Part shown: positions 8,316 through 17,000 of the stretch, piece by piece
Numbering within the stretch: the first letter of the stretch is position 1
How the letters are laid out: every line of letters starts with the position of its first letter
Source: a virus
Lineage: Duplodnaviria > Caudoviricetes
Strand: one strand, 5' to 3'
IMG/VR virus record: IMGVR_UViG_3300025502_001322
Span: 64,001 to 128,000 of that record
Length of the DNA: 64,000 nucleotides
Position numbers and translations under genes: made by a program
The notes under the pieces: model-generated
The model's input: the letters and a program-made list of their open reading frames with translations, nothing else
What the model was told of the DNA's origin: nothing
The model's database searches: none

Positions 8316-8678
8316 ATGAAGAGACTAATTTATATTGCAGGCAGTATTAGTTTAATTGGACTACTAATGTATCCGATTCTTTCAACTTCCGGAGTAACAG
8401 GCACAGCCGCACCAGGATCAGGTGCTAACGTAAAATCTGCAGGTGAAATTGTTGCTAAACAGAACCACTGCCTAGCATGCCACAGTGTGGATAACAAACT
8501 GGTTGGTCCGGCATTTAAGGACGTAGCTAATAAATATACAGAGGCCGACCGTGAGTTTTTAGTTAACAAAATTGTTAAAGGTGGTGGTGGGGTGTGGGGG
8601 CCAATCCCGATGCCGCCAAATGCTGTAGACCAACAGCAAGCAAACCAAGCAGTTACTTGGATTTTGGATCTTAAATAG
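8316..8678 (+). CDS. Class I c-type cytochrome (c551/c552-like) with N-terminal signal/anchor
   Basis: CLACH haem motif, KLVGPAFKDVANKY, GVWGPIPMPPN (axial Met); GAGGAG RBS. Confidence 0.92.
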   Translation: MKRLIYIAGSISLIGLLMYPILSTSGVTGTAAPGSGANVKSAGEIVAKQNHCLACHSVDNKLVGPAFKDVANKYTEADREFLVNKIVKGGGGVWGPIPMPPNAVDQQQANQAVTWILDLK

Positions 8679-8791
8679 ACGGCCAGTTATCCGCATCAAC
8701 AACGGGTATATGTATAAAACCAATTTTTATAACAAGCTCTTTAATAATTGTATGAATAAATATGTTTATACATTTAATAAGGGCTTGTCAA

Positions 8792-9553
8792 ATGTCAGAC
8801 ATAAAAGAAATACACCTGCATGCTGAATGCGCACAGATTGCCTACCTAGGTCTTAAAGAGGCAAAACCAAAATTTAAAAAACTTGGACTTAAAGTTAATA
8901 GTTACTACGACATTGACGGTGCCCAGGCATACTTACTAACAAACAAAGATAGAAGCATACTGGCATTTAGAGGCACAGAGCCCAAAGAAAAGTCAGATAT
9001 TTTCGCTGACTTAAATGCTCTTAGAGATCCAGAACCAACAGGTGGTAGAGTGCATCAGGGCTTCCAGGGAGAAGTTGATAAACTCTGGCCAGAGATAACA
9101 AAGGACCTATTGACTGCTAAAATTAACACTAACTTAACAGTGTGCGGTCACTCATTAGGTGCGGCAATGGCAACTATTGCGGCAGGAAGATTACACTGTC
9201 AACTAGTAAACACTAATTGTGATTTTAAAGAATTATATACATTTGGCTCACCTAGGGTAGGTAATAGACAATGGTTAAAACACGTTGAAGGCATGATCCA
9301 TCACCGTTGTGTTAACAATAATGACTTAGTGCCCAAGGTTCCGCCTGCATTAATGCTTTACAAACACCAAGGAAATCTAGTATACTTTAACTGTTACGGA
9401 AGTATTAGAAAAACCACAATGTGGCAAAGATTCAAAGACCAAATACGTGGACGTAGACGTGCATTACAAAAGGGACAACCGTTTGATGGCATCTACGATC
9501 ATGTCATGACAGAGTACATACGATCAATTGACACAAACCTAACGGAGGAATAA
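8792..9553 (+). CDS. Class 3 lipase / alpha-beta hydrolase
   Basis: LAFRGTE, RVHQGF, CGHSLGAAMA (GxSxG), YTFGSPRVG, NNDLVPKVP, DH; start chosen downstream of the AATAAATA at 8755. Confidence 0.9.
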   Translation: MSDIKEIHLHAECAQIAYLGLKEAKPKFKKLGLKVNSYYDIDGAQAYLLTNKDRSILAFRGTEPKEKSDIFADLNALRDPEPTGGRVHQGFQGEVDKLWPEITKDLLTAKINTNLTVCGHSLGAAMATIAAGRLHCQLVNTNCDFKELYTFGSPRVGNRQWLKHVEGMIHHRCVNNNDLVPKVPPALMLYKHQGNLVYFNCYGSIRKTTMWQRFKDQIRGRRRALQKGQPFDGIYDHVMTEYIRSIDTNLTEE

Positions 9554-9599
9554 AAGGTAGCTAACCGAAGTAATAAAGACGCAACATAAAGCGGCTTTT

Positions 9600-9842
9600 T
9601 TATTTGGCGTACTTTAATTTATAGAAGAGTTCGTTCTCTTCTGACAGTTTTGCTGTCACCACAACACGGTATTCCCATTGACCTGGACGTATATAAAATA
9701 CAGGTTTCTCCAATGCATTATCTAATACCCATTGTCCGTGGTCAGTTTGTTGCCACTCCCATAATGGTTGGGCGGCATATATTTCAGGATCTTCGCAATC
9801 GGATAGGTCAAACGCATGTACTTCTATTTCTTTACGATTCAT
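9600..9842 (-). CDS. Hypothetical phage protein
   Basis: 80 aa ORF. Confidence 0.6.
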   Translation of the reverse strand: MNRKEIEVHAFDLSDCEDPEIYAAQPLWEWQQTDHGQWVLDNALEKPVFYIRPGQWEYRVVVTAKLSEENELFYKLKYAK

Positions 9843-9855
9843 AATTTAATTATAT

Positions 9856-9884
9856 TTGACATTGTTAGATAATGCAAGTATAAT
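9856..9884 (+). promoter_or_regulatory. Consensus sigma70 promoter
   Basis: TTGACA-17 nt-TATAAT. Confidence 0.75.
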
Positions 9885-9910
9885 GAACATATTAACAAAA
9901 GGACTCAGTA

Positions 9911-10360
9911 ATGTTAAAGGCAACCCCAATAGTAAAAAACAAATTTTGGTTAGTAACAAGTAACGGTGAAAAAGTTGGTGCCGTAAAGTCCAGTGACAAA
10001 GGGCTAACGTATATACACGGCGACGAAGAAGAACGTTTTGCAACAGTTAAACTGTTAGAAGACAAGTACAATATTAAGTTTGAGTCATACAAATCAGATA
10101 ATGTTAAAGATTCAGAATACGAAGCATACGGAGCATACGGATATCCTACCGGTAATAACTACCCCCATAACCCCTTGTGGCATATACAACTAGGTATACC
10201 AGTGTTTACTAAAGAAGAAAAATCTCGTAGTTTTTACTGTGCGGGTTACTATCTGGTTAAAGAACGCAATAAAACTAAGTTGCGATTCTGTCCTAAAATT
10301 ATTCTATTAGAACGCAATGAGTTTGAAGGGCCTTTAAAGACCACATTAGGAAACTTTTAA
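9911..10360 (+). CDS. Hypothetical phage protein
   Basis: 149 aa ORF downstream of the promoter. Confidence 0.65.
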   Translation: MLKATPIVKNKFWLVTSNGEKVGAVKSSDKGLTYIHGDEEERFATVKLLEDKYNIKFESYKSDNVKDSEYEAYGAYGYPTGNNYPHNPLWHIQLGIPVFTKEEKSRSFYCAGYYLVKERNKTKLRFCPKIILLERNEFEGPLKTTLGNF

Positions 10361-12159
10361 AAGTCGTCTAACGAAGAATACGAACCTTCATGTTCATGAG
10401 TATCAGGAACATTGTGAGGTTGTAGTATTAACGCAAGTAGTGTGTCTCTTTTTTGTTCGTACGTCTGACCTGCGTATAGGCCTTCTGGGGGAATAGTACC
10501 CATGTCCACAAACATTGTTCTCTTCATAAAGTTCCACATATCCACAGTATACACACTGGTATAGAAATAAGCATCCAGTGTTTTTCCTAATACAATATCC
10601 TCGCATTTCTTAGATATAATACGCCAGACGTCGTTGGCGCCAGGTGTTTCGAACCACGACAACGCCAGATCCAGGAAGTCTGTTAACATAGTGCTATGGT
10701 ACCCTGAGTAAAATTGTTTTAGCCAGGTGGCCACTTTAAAGTTATCTATAGCAGTTTGTGTGCCTTTAATGTAACTTATACAGATTGGGAATTCCTCAAG
10801 GTCGTCTTCTGTTGGTGGCCTTGTTAGGATGTCACCAGGAACCTTTAAGTTTAGTACCTTAACTCCAATCTTTTCTCTGTATTCTTTGCTACCCACTGGG
10901 CTATTTGGTAGATACATCCAGAGATACCAACGTGTTCTAACATTACATTTCAGTACTTCGTACTGTGTGTCTAGCATACTTTGTGGTGTTTGGTTAGGCA
11001 TACCACTTATTAACTCTGTAACTAACTGCAAATCAGGAAATTTTGACTGTATGTTATGTATGTATTCTTTGTGTTTTTCCCAGGGTATCTCAGGTCTGTC
11101 AATCGCAGCCAATACGTCTTTATCGACATCTTGGAAACTTAGTGTCCAGGTTATTAGGTTTACATTTTCTGGATCACCATCAAACTTTTCAGTAAGCATA
11201 TAGTCAAATATTTCATACACTCTGTCTTTCTGCAACTTAGCCCAGGTTATCTCCCAAGGACAAATTACCTTAGGATATTTACGTCTCACTTTTGCCCAGA
11301 ACTTTGTTATATCCATGTCACGTGGGACTTGTCCAAAGTTTGCATCACAGAGCTTTAAGTATCTAATGTCTTCTTGTCCAAAGAACGCAAGATCTTTGTA
11401 AATTGGTATTAGACTCCAAAACGTAACTTTATTATGTAGCCCGCTGGTCCAGTCACAAAATGCGCAGTGGTACGGACACCCTCGGCTTGCCTCAAAATTA
11501 ACAATTGCAGTTAATCCTTGCTGTTTAGCCCAGGCAAACCATTCCCTAACAAGTTTTCTATTGTGCCACCATAACGGAATACCGAAGAATTTTTTATCCT
11601 TAAACGTAGCATGCTTTGCTTTAACTATCTTATCGCCTTCTATCCACAAAGCATTTTCAGTCTCTTCGATAACAGGTGTTTTGTCCTCAAAGTGGCAGTC
11701 TAAGATGTATTTTACAAACTTGTAGCCATCACCGTAACATGCGTATGTGATCCAATCTCTTTCATTAAGCCAAGTATAATCTTTGTGCTCTACTTCAGGA
11801 CCACCCACCATAACCTTAATATTAGGAAGTTTTTTCTGAACTGCTCGTACAATCTTTGCTAGACCTGGCTGAGTCCATATATACATACCCACAAACAACC
11901 AGTCTGATTGATTCTCTACAATTTGATCTACGTATGTGTTAACATAGTCTTCAGTAGGTAAAACTTGATGCCAGTCAACTTGTTTAGCAAGCTCAGGACT
12001 ATACAGATCGTAGTATGTCTTAAAATGCAACATACTGGCATTTATAAACCATGCTGGTCTAGGCTCAGTACTCATTTTATGCTTAGATACGACAGTATTA
12101 TGAAATATTGTCGTATCGAGGATACAGTTTATGAAACTAATCTTTAATTTTTTTGTCAT
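10357..12159 (-). CDS. Cobalamin-binding (class B-like) radical SAM protein 3
   Basis: FVGMYIW...VMVGGPE...YGDG; EASRGCPYHCAFCDW; DANFG; probable start MTKKLK at 12159. Confidence 0.85.
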   Translation of the reverse strand: MTKKLKISFINCILDTTIFHNTVVSKHKMSTEPRPAWFINASMLHFKTYYDLYSPELAKQVDWHQVLPTEDYVNTYVDQIVENQSDWLFVGMYIWTQPGLAKIVRAVQKKLPNIKVMVGGPEVEHKDYTWLNERDWITYACYGDGYKFVKYILDCHFEDKTPVIEETENALWIEGDKIVKAKHATFKDKKFFGIPLWWHNRKLVREWFAWAKQQGLTAIVNFEASRGCPYHCAFCDWTSGLHNKVTFWSLIPIYKDLAFFGQEDIRYLKLCDANFGQVPRDMDITKFWAKVRRKYPKVICPWEITWAKLQKDRVYEIFDYMLTEKFDGDPENVNLITWTLSFQDVDKDVLAAIDRPEIPWEKHKEYIHNIQSKFPDLQLVTELISGMPNQTPQSMLDTQYEVLKCNVRTRWYLWMYLPNSPVGSKEYREKIGVKVLNLKVPGDILTRPPTEDDLEEFPICISYIKGTQTAIDNFKVATWLKQFYSGYHSTMLTDFLDLALSWFETPGANDVWRIISKKCEDIVLGKTLDAYFYTSVYTVDMWNFMKRTMFVDMGTIPPEGLYAGQTYEQKRDTLLALILQPHNVPDTHEHEGSYSSLDDF

Positions 12160-12193
12160 ATAAGTAATTACAACTAAACGGAAGGTGTACAAG

Positions 12194-12201
12194 TATTTAT
12201 A
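12194..12201 (-). promoter_or_regulatory. Late promoter TATAAATA (minus strand)
   Basis: Exact TATAAATA on the minus strand about 35 nt upstream of 12159. Confidence 0.5.
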
Positions 12202-12413
12202 TGAACACTCATTATATAAACCAATTAAACAATAAAATACAGATTTTAAATTCTGGCCCAAATAAGCAGATTATATTAAGCAAGCAGGAAGCACAAGGAC
12301 TGCACAATGAGGTTTACCGGCTTCTGGCTAGGATAGCAGAGCTTGAGGGGATTCAAGAGCAACAGCCCACCGAGGAAGTTATTCGAGCAAATGTAGATGG
12401 TGGTGGTTGGTAA
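12201..12413 (+). CDS. Hypothetical protein
   Basis: 70 aa ORF. Confidence 0.55.
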   Translation: MNTHYINQLNNKIQILNSGPNKQIILSKQEAQGLHNEVYRLLARIAELEGIQEQQPTEEVIRANVDGGGW

Positions 12414-12430
12414 TATACGTATATTATTGG

Positions 12431-12438
12431 TATAAATA
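12431..12438 (+). promoter_or_regulatory. Late promoter TATAAATA
   Basis: Exact motif 5 nt upstream of the ATG at 12444. Confidence 0.5.
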
Positions 12439-12443
12439 ATACT

Positions 12444-12731
12444 ATGTCGAGACCCAAACCAGACGTTCTATTAGAACACGTTAATAAACAAAATTACAAG
12501 AGTGATCAAGTCATTGCTTCTCAGGGCATATGGGCAGTTTACCACAACGGTCACCCTATTAACTTAAAAAGTGCAAATATGTTGGTTAGTTATCCTGGGC
12601 CCAAGTATAAGAAAACAAGTTTTAGTAACCCAGGACACGCAATTAATCTTGCAAAGAAACTCAACAAACTGTTTGATACTGCATTATTCAGTGTGGTGTT
12701 ATTAAAAGCAGGTGAGCAAGTCTTCCCTTAG
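12444..12731 (+). CDS. Hypothetical phage protein
   Basis: 95 aa ORF (MSRPKP...GPKYKKTSFSNPGHAINLAKKLN). Confidence 0.7.
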   Translation: MSRPKPDVLLEHVNKQNYKSDQVIASQGIWAVYHNGHPINLKSANMLVSYPGPKYKKTSFSNPGHAINLAKKLNKLFDTALFSVVLLKAGEQVFP

Positions 12732-13056
12732 ATCACAAGTTAGCGAATATCTGTCTAAAGAAACAGGACTTAAGCCGGTTCACATCTGGGTTAATCCATT
12801 AAACAAGACAAGTATGCGTTTGTCTGTGACTGCCTACCGAACACTTAAAAAATTAAAGTTCCAGCGATTCACACACAAGTTTACTGACCGGATAACACCA
12901 AGGCACATGCTGGAATTAGACAGACTATTCAAGTATCCATATTACATAAGCAGTTACCAAACCATAGAAGTATTTTCTGAAGAGGATACCCTAATGCTAA
13001 CGTTAAACAACAATAATTTAGATAACTATCTGAAAGCACTTCGCCTAAGTTGTTGA
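12712..13056 (+). CDS. Hypothetical protein
   Basis: 114 aa ORF. Confidence 0.6.
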   Translation: MSKSSLRSQVSEYLSKETGLKPVHIWVNPLNKTSMRLSVTAYRTLKKLKFQRFTHKFTDRITPRHMLELDRLFKYPYYISSYQTIEVFSEEDTLMLTLNNNNLDNYLKALRLSC

Positions 13057-13076
13057 TTTAAAACAAAAACAAAAGG

Positions 13077-13105
13077 TTGACGCAATGTTCGAGTAACACT
13101 ATAAT
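13077..13105 (+). promoter_or_regulatory. Early sigma70-type promoter
   Basis: TTGACG-17 nt-TATAAT; near-identical to 13530-13558. Confidence 0.75.
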
Positions 13106-13155
13106 AGCACTTGAAGTACAGTTAGTTATTAATAATACTAATAAGGAGAGTAAAT

Positions 13156-13362
13156 ATGGGTTATTTTAATGAACTTGAAACAGATGTACTTGACTTGTAT
13201 TGTGCTGACGTTCCTGCAGACAAAATTGCTGAAGAATACGGAATCAGTATTGATTTGGTAGAGAAAATTGGCAAAAAGTGGGAACAAGAGAACAATCTTA
13301 ATGTGGTGTCACGCTCAGTGAAGACTTCGCCAAAGACCGTGTGTAAGTTGTTGGCTTACTAA
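13156..13362 (+). CDS. Small protein, possible helix-turn-helix
   Basis: 68 aa; VPADKIAEEYGISIDLVEKI; AAGGAG RBS. Confidence 0.55.
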   Translation: MGYFNELETDVLDLYCADVPADKIAEEYGISIDLVEKIGKKWEQENNLNVVSRSVKTSPKTVCKLLAY

Positions 13363-13372
13363 ACAATGGTGC

Positions 13373-13460
13373 GCCCGGGTGGCGAAATTGGTAGACGCAC
13401 GGGACTTAAAATCCCGGGCCCCTTAAAGGCGTGCCGGTTCGATTCCGGCCCTGGGCACCA
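13373..13460 (+). tRNA. tRNA-Leu (TAA)
   Basis: Acceptor GCCCGGG/CCTGGGC, stem CGGGA-[CTTAAAA]-TCCCG, long variable arm, ACCA end. Confidence 0.93.
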
Positions 13461-13529
13461 ACTAATTCAGATTTATAGTACGTTGGGCAAGTGTTTGTTT
13501 TTAAACAGTTTCTTTTTTTGTCCAAATTG

Positions 13530-13558
13530 TTGACGTATGGTCCGAGTGACACTATAAT
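13530..13558 (+). promoter_or_regulatory. Early sigma70-type promoter
   Basis: TTGACG-17 nt-TATAAT. Confidence 0.75.
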
Positions 13559-13592
13559 ATACATATGCTGTTAATAAAGAAGAGGGGAAACA

Positions 13593-13733
13593 ATGTATAA
13601 AGTCGATTTTTATAATTTTGGTTATTTGAAGCACTTCGACACACTCGAGCAAGCAATTGAAAATGCAAAGTCTTCAGGATTTCAATGTGCGGTTTGGTTT
13701 GATAATGCACTGATTAAACACTTTGGAGGGTAA
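13593..13733 (+). CDS. Small hypothetical protein (46 aa)
   Basis: Hand-translated MYKVDFYNFGYLKHFDTLEQAIENAKSSGFQCAVWFDNALIKHFGG; GAGGGG RBS. Confidence 0.55.
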   Translation: MYKVDFYNFGYLKHFDTLEQAIENAKSSGFQCAVWFDNALIKHFGG

Positions 13734-13734
13734 T

Positions 13735-13914
13735 ATGACTGACGCAATTGATATGGCATTATTCTTAGAATCTATTAAGTATGACATCACCAACAAAATG
13801 GCATCATCAGAAGATGAAGTTGCATTAACAAACAAACTGGATCAGAAAATTGATGAACTGCGACGTGAGGTTTCTAGAATGCAGACTCACTTTGACAGCC
13901 AACTAACTTACTAG
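13735..13914 (+). CDS. Small coiled-coil-like hypothetical protein
   Basis: ORF with GGAGG RBS. Confidence 0.55.
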   Translation: MTDAIDMALFLESIKYDITNKMASSEDEVALTNKLDQKIDELRREVSRMQTHFDSQLTY

Positions 13915-13922
13915 GAGACGGT

Positions 13923-14132
13923 ATGCTTATAAGATCAGATGTAGCAATAGATGTATGCGGTGGTGATCAGTATTTGATGATACGGATGGCCGCACAACGA
14001 GCAAGAGAAATACTACAAGGCTCCGAACCTAGAGTCGTAGCAATTGAGGACGAAAAGGCAGCCAGCACCGCTATTAGAGAAATTGAGCTGGGCGTGTACA
14101 CCGTAGAGGATTTTAACCAGGGGGCAACATAA
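13923..14132 (+). CDS. rpoZ: RNA polymerase omega subunit homologue
   Basis: GGDQYLMIRMAAQRAREILQGSEPRV...EKAASTAIREIELG aligns by eye with the RpoZ pattern GNRFDLVLVAARRARQ...DPLV...DKTTVIALREIEEG; AGGAG RBS. Confidence 0.8.
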   Translation: MLIRSDVAIDVCGGDQYLMIRMAAQRAREILQGSEPRVVAIEDEKAASTAIREIELGVYTVEDFNQGAT

Positions 14133-14144
14133 CAGGAGATGCAG

Positions 14145-14315
14145 ATGGCTAATTATGCTATGGCACCAAAAAAACGTTGGTATGTTACAGAAGAAGGCAA
14201 AGAGATTGTACAACCATTTCCAAACACCGAGTACGAATGTCAAATTACTATAGACCGGTTAGTAGAAGAAAATGAGAAACGTATTCTAACTGTTGAAAGT
14301 GCGACACTGTCATGA
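14145..14315 (+). CDS. Small hypothetical protein (56 aa)
   Basis: Hand-translated MANYAMAPKKRWYVTEEG...; AGGAG RBS; ATGA overlap with the next gene. Confidence 0.55.
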   Translation: MANYAMAPKKRWYVTEEGKEIVQPFPNTEYECQITIDRLVEENEKRILTVESATLS

Positions 14316-14527
14316 ACGATCTGTTGGAGATGATAGATTTTTTAGGCGAACTTGATTACGACTTACATGGCAATATCTCAGGTGAAGAGTTAATTATGGT
14401 ACGTGAGAAACTACATCGGTATAAAGATAGATTAGAAGCAGAAGTTGATGTATTCGAAAATTCTTTCGAGGATACAAAAACAACATTCTACAGCTTGACA
14501 AGAGAAGAGAGTGGCAGTACACTGTAA
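14312..14527 (+). CDS. Hypothetical protein
   Basis: 71 aa ORF. Confidence 0.5.
   Translation: MNDLLEMIDFLGELDYDLHGNISGEELIMVREKLHRYKDRLEAEVDVFENSFEDTKTTFYSLTREESGSTL
14495..14523 (+). promoter_or_regulatory. Putative sigma70 promoter for the MoxR-VWA pair
   Basis: TTGACA-17 nt-TACACT upstream of a GGAGG RBS. Confidence 0.45.
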
Positions 14528-14555
14528 CTCTAACTTAAAGAAGGAGGTAATGTAG

Positions 14556-15683
14556 ATGGCTACTACAGAAACTACGCTAACAAGAACTAGTACATTAGAT
14601 GGTGTTAAACGAGTAATCGAACGATGTGCTAAATCAAAAAAGAAACATCCTATTATGCTCTGGGGTCCTCCAGGGGTAGGTAAGTCAGAAATTGTTGAAC
14701 AAATAGCAAGGGAATTAAATGGGCGGGTATGGGACTTACGTCTTGCACAGAATGACCCAACTGACATTAAAGGTATTCCTTACTATAATAAAGACAGCAA
14801 TAAAATGTCTTGGGCAGACCCAGACGAATTACCTAGCGCAGAAGAAACTAAAGACTATGGTACATGTTTCTTGTTTATGGACGAGATTAACTCTGCTCCT
14901 AGTGCAACACAGGCTAGTGCGTATCAGTTGGTATTAAACAGACGTGTAGGTAAGCACTACAAAGTTCCTGACAATGTTTACATTATTGCGGCAGGTAACC
15001 GAGAAGGTGATCGAGGTGTTACTTACAAGATGCCTAGTCCACTCGCTAATAGATTTATCCACATAGAAGTTCGACCAGACTACGAGACCTGGGAAAAGTG
15101 GGCAACTAAGAATCGTATCCACAAAGATGTAGTGGGTTATATTGGATTTGCCAAACAGGACTTGTTTGATTTTGATCCTAGAAACGCATCACGTGCCTTC
15201 GCAACGCCACGCACCTGGGAATTTGTATCCGACTGTTTACACGATTCTGATACTGATACAGAAACTATTACAGACATGGTTGCTGGTGCAGTGGGCGAAG
15301 GTATTGCTCTTAAGTTTATGGCGCATCGAAAGATTGCTGGACAGTTGCCCAAACCTGAAGAGATCCTTAACGGCAAAGTTAGTACACTTGAAATTAAAGA
15401 AATTAGTGCAATGTACTCTCTAACAATTGCATTGTGTTATGAGTTGCAGGACATCTATCGTAAGGTAGGTAACGACAGCAATGCACTAGATGCTTGGTAT
15501 AAACAGTCTGACAACTTCTTTAAATTTATGATGGAAAACTTTACAACTGAGTTGGTTGTGATGGGTGCCAGAACTGCTCTTACTACTTACGAGTTGCCGT
15601 TTATCCCTAGCAAGTTAAAGAGCTTTGATGAATTCCACAAACGCTATGGTAAGTATGTGGTTAGAACAACGGAGAAGAAATAA
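14556..15683 (+). CDS. MoxR-family AAA+ ATPase
   Basis: Walker A GPPGVGKS, Walker B LFMDEIN, AAGN, PLANRF (Arg finger), TPRTW. Confidence 0.9.
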   Translation: MATTETTLTRTSTLDGVKRVIERCAKSKKKHPIMLWGPPGVGKSEIVEQIARELNGRVWDLRLAQNDPTDIKGIPYYNKDSNKMSWADPDELPSAEETKDYGTCFLFMDEINSAPSATQASAYQLVLNRRVGKHYKVPDNVYIIAAGNREGDRGVTYKMPSPLANRFIHIEVRPDYETWEKWATKNRIHKDVVGYIGFAKQDLFDFDPRNASRAFATPRTWEFVSDCLHDSDTDTETITDMVAGAVGEGIALKFMAHRKIAGQLPKPEEILNGKVSTLEIKEISAMYSLTIALCYELQDIYRKVGNDSNALDAWYKQSDNFFKFMMENFTTELVVMGARTALTTYELPFIPSKLKSFDEFHKRYGKYVVRTTEKK

Positions 15684-16951
15684 TGACTGCGACCTCTGAA
15701 AAAGACCTAGGTCAGGCAGAAATTTTAGGGCCAACAGATCCAGAAGTGGATGCAGAGGCAATAGAGCTTCTCATAACTGCTAGGGTAGGACTTTTACTAA
15801 AACATCCGTTCTTCGGCAACATTGCTACAAGGCTTAGCCTTGTTAACGCAGATGAGTGGTGCCCTACAGCGGCTGTCGATGGCAGACGTATGTACTACAA
15901 CTCAAGGTTCATAGTAAAACACACGGTAGCAGAACTTCAGTTTTTGTTTGCACACGAAGTTCTACATTGTATCTATGACCACTTGGGAAGACGTGGTGAC
16001 CGTGATCCGCAACTAGCGAACTGCGCACAAGACTATGTGGTTAATGATGATCTGGTACAACACCACATAGGTGACATGATTAAACCTTGTCTATGGGATC
16101 CCAAGTACCGTGGTATGAGTTGGGAAGAAGTATACGATAAGCTATATGACCAGATGGACAAAGTTAGTCTTGCGCAATTAGTCGAATTAATGTTAGACGA
16201 ACACTTAGACGGTGAAGGTGAAGGTGGTGTTGGTGGCGACGGTGATGGTAAAGATGGTGACCAACAAGGAAAACGCCCAGCACTTAGTGATACAGAACGT
16301 GAACAGATTAAACAGGAAATTAAAGAAGCCATGTTAACTGCGGCTCAGACTAGCGGCGCTGGAAACTTACCGGCAGGCATTAAACGTTTAATTGAAAACA
16401 TGACTGATCCTAAGATAAACTGGCGTGAGCTTATTGCACAGGATATTGCGGCATGTTTTAAGAACGACTACAGTTTTACTCGACCTAATAAACGTGGTGC
16501 TCACATAGATGCAATACTTCCTGGCATGATACCTGGACAAAAGATTGACGTTTGTGTTTTTAATGACTGCTCAGGATCAATGACAGACTCCATGTTACGT
16601 GATATCCATTGTGAAGTAAAAGGTATTATGCAGACATTTCAGGAGTTTGACTTACACCTAGGAACATTTGACACTGATGTTTACAATTTCCAAACGTTTA
16701 CCACAGACAACATCGACGATATTGATCAATACGAAATGAAAGGTGGTGGTGGTACTAATTTTGAATCTGTCTACAACTTCCTTAAAGAACGTGACATTAT
16801 GCCCAAAAAGTTAATTATATTTACAGATGGTTATCCGTATGGTTCATGGGGAGACCCTAACTACTGCGATACAATATTTGTAATTCATGGCAGTAACGAC
16901 ATCAATGCACCATTTGGCATCACTTGCCAGTACGAAGAGTACAAAAAGTGA
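15683..16951 (+). CDS. Metallopeptidase-like (HExxH) plus VWA domain protein, partner of the MoxR ATPase
   Basis: FAHEVLH; acidic Gly-rich linker; MIDAS-like DCSGSM, GGGTNF, IFTDGY. Confidence 0.88.
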   Translation: MTATSEKDLGQAEILGPTDPEVDAEAIELLITARVGLLLKHPFFGNIATRLSLVNADEWCPTAAVDGRRMYYNSRFIVKHTVAELQFLFAHEVLHCIYDHLGRRGDRDPQLANCAQDYVVNDDLVQHHIGDMIKPCLWDPKYRGMSWEEVYDKLYDQMDKVSLAQLVELMLDEHLDGEGEGGVGGDGDGKDGDQQGKRPALSDTEREQIKQEIKEAMLTAAQTSGAGNLPAGIKRLIENMTDPKINWRELIAQDIAACFKNDYSFTRPNKRGAHIDAILPGMIPGQKIDVCVFNDCSGSMTDSMLRDIHCEVKGIMQTFQEFDLHLGTFDTDVYNFQTFTTDNIDDIDQYEMKGGGGTNFESVYNFLKERDIMPKKLIIFTDGYPYGSWGDPNYCDTIFVIHGSNDINAPFGITCQYEEYKK

Positions 16952-16967
16952 ATGTAGTAGCCAACCA

Positions 16968-16988
16968 GGGGGGACACAGTGTCCCCCC
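16968..16988. repeat. Perfect GC-rich inverted repeat (possible terminator or processing hairpin)
   Basis: GGGGGGACAC-A-GTGTCCCCCC directly after the VWA stop; no strong U-tract. Confidence 0.6.
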
Positions 16989-17000
16989 GCCCTTTCGACA

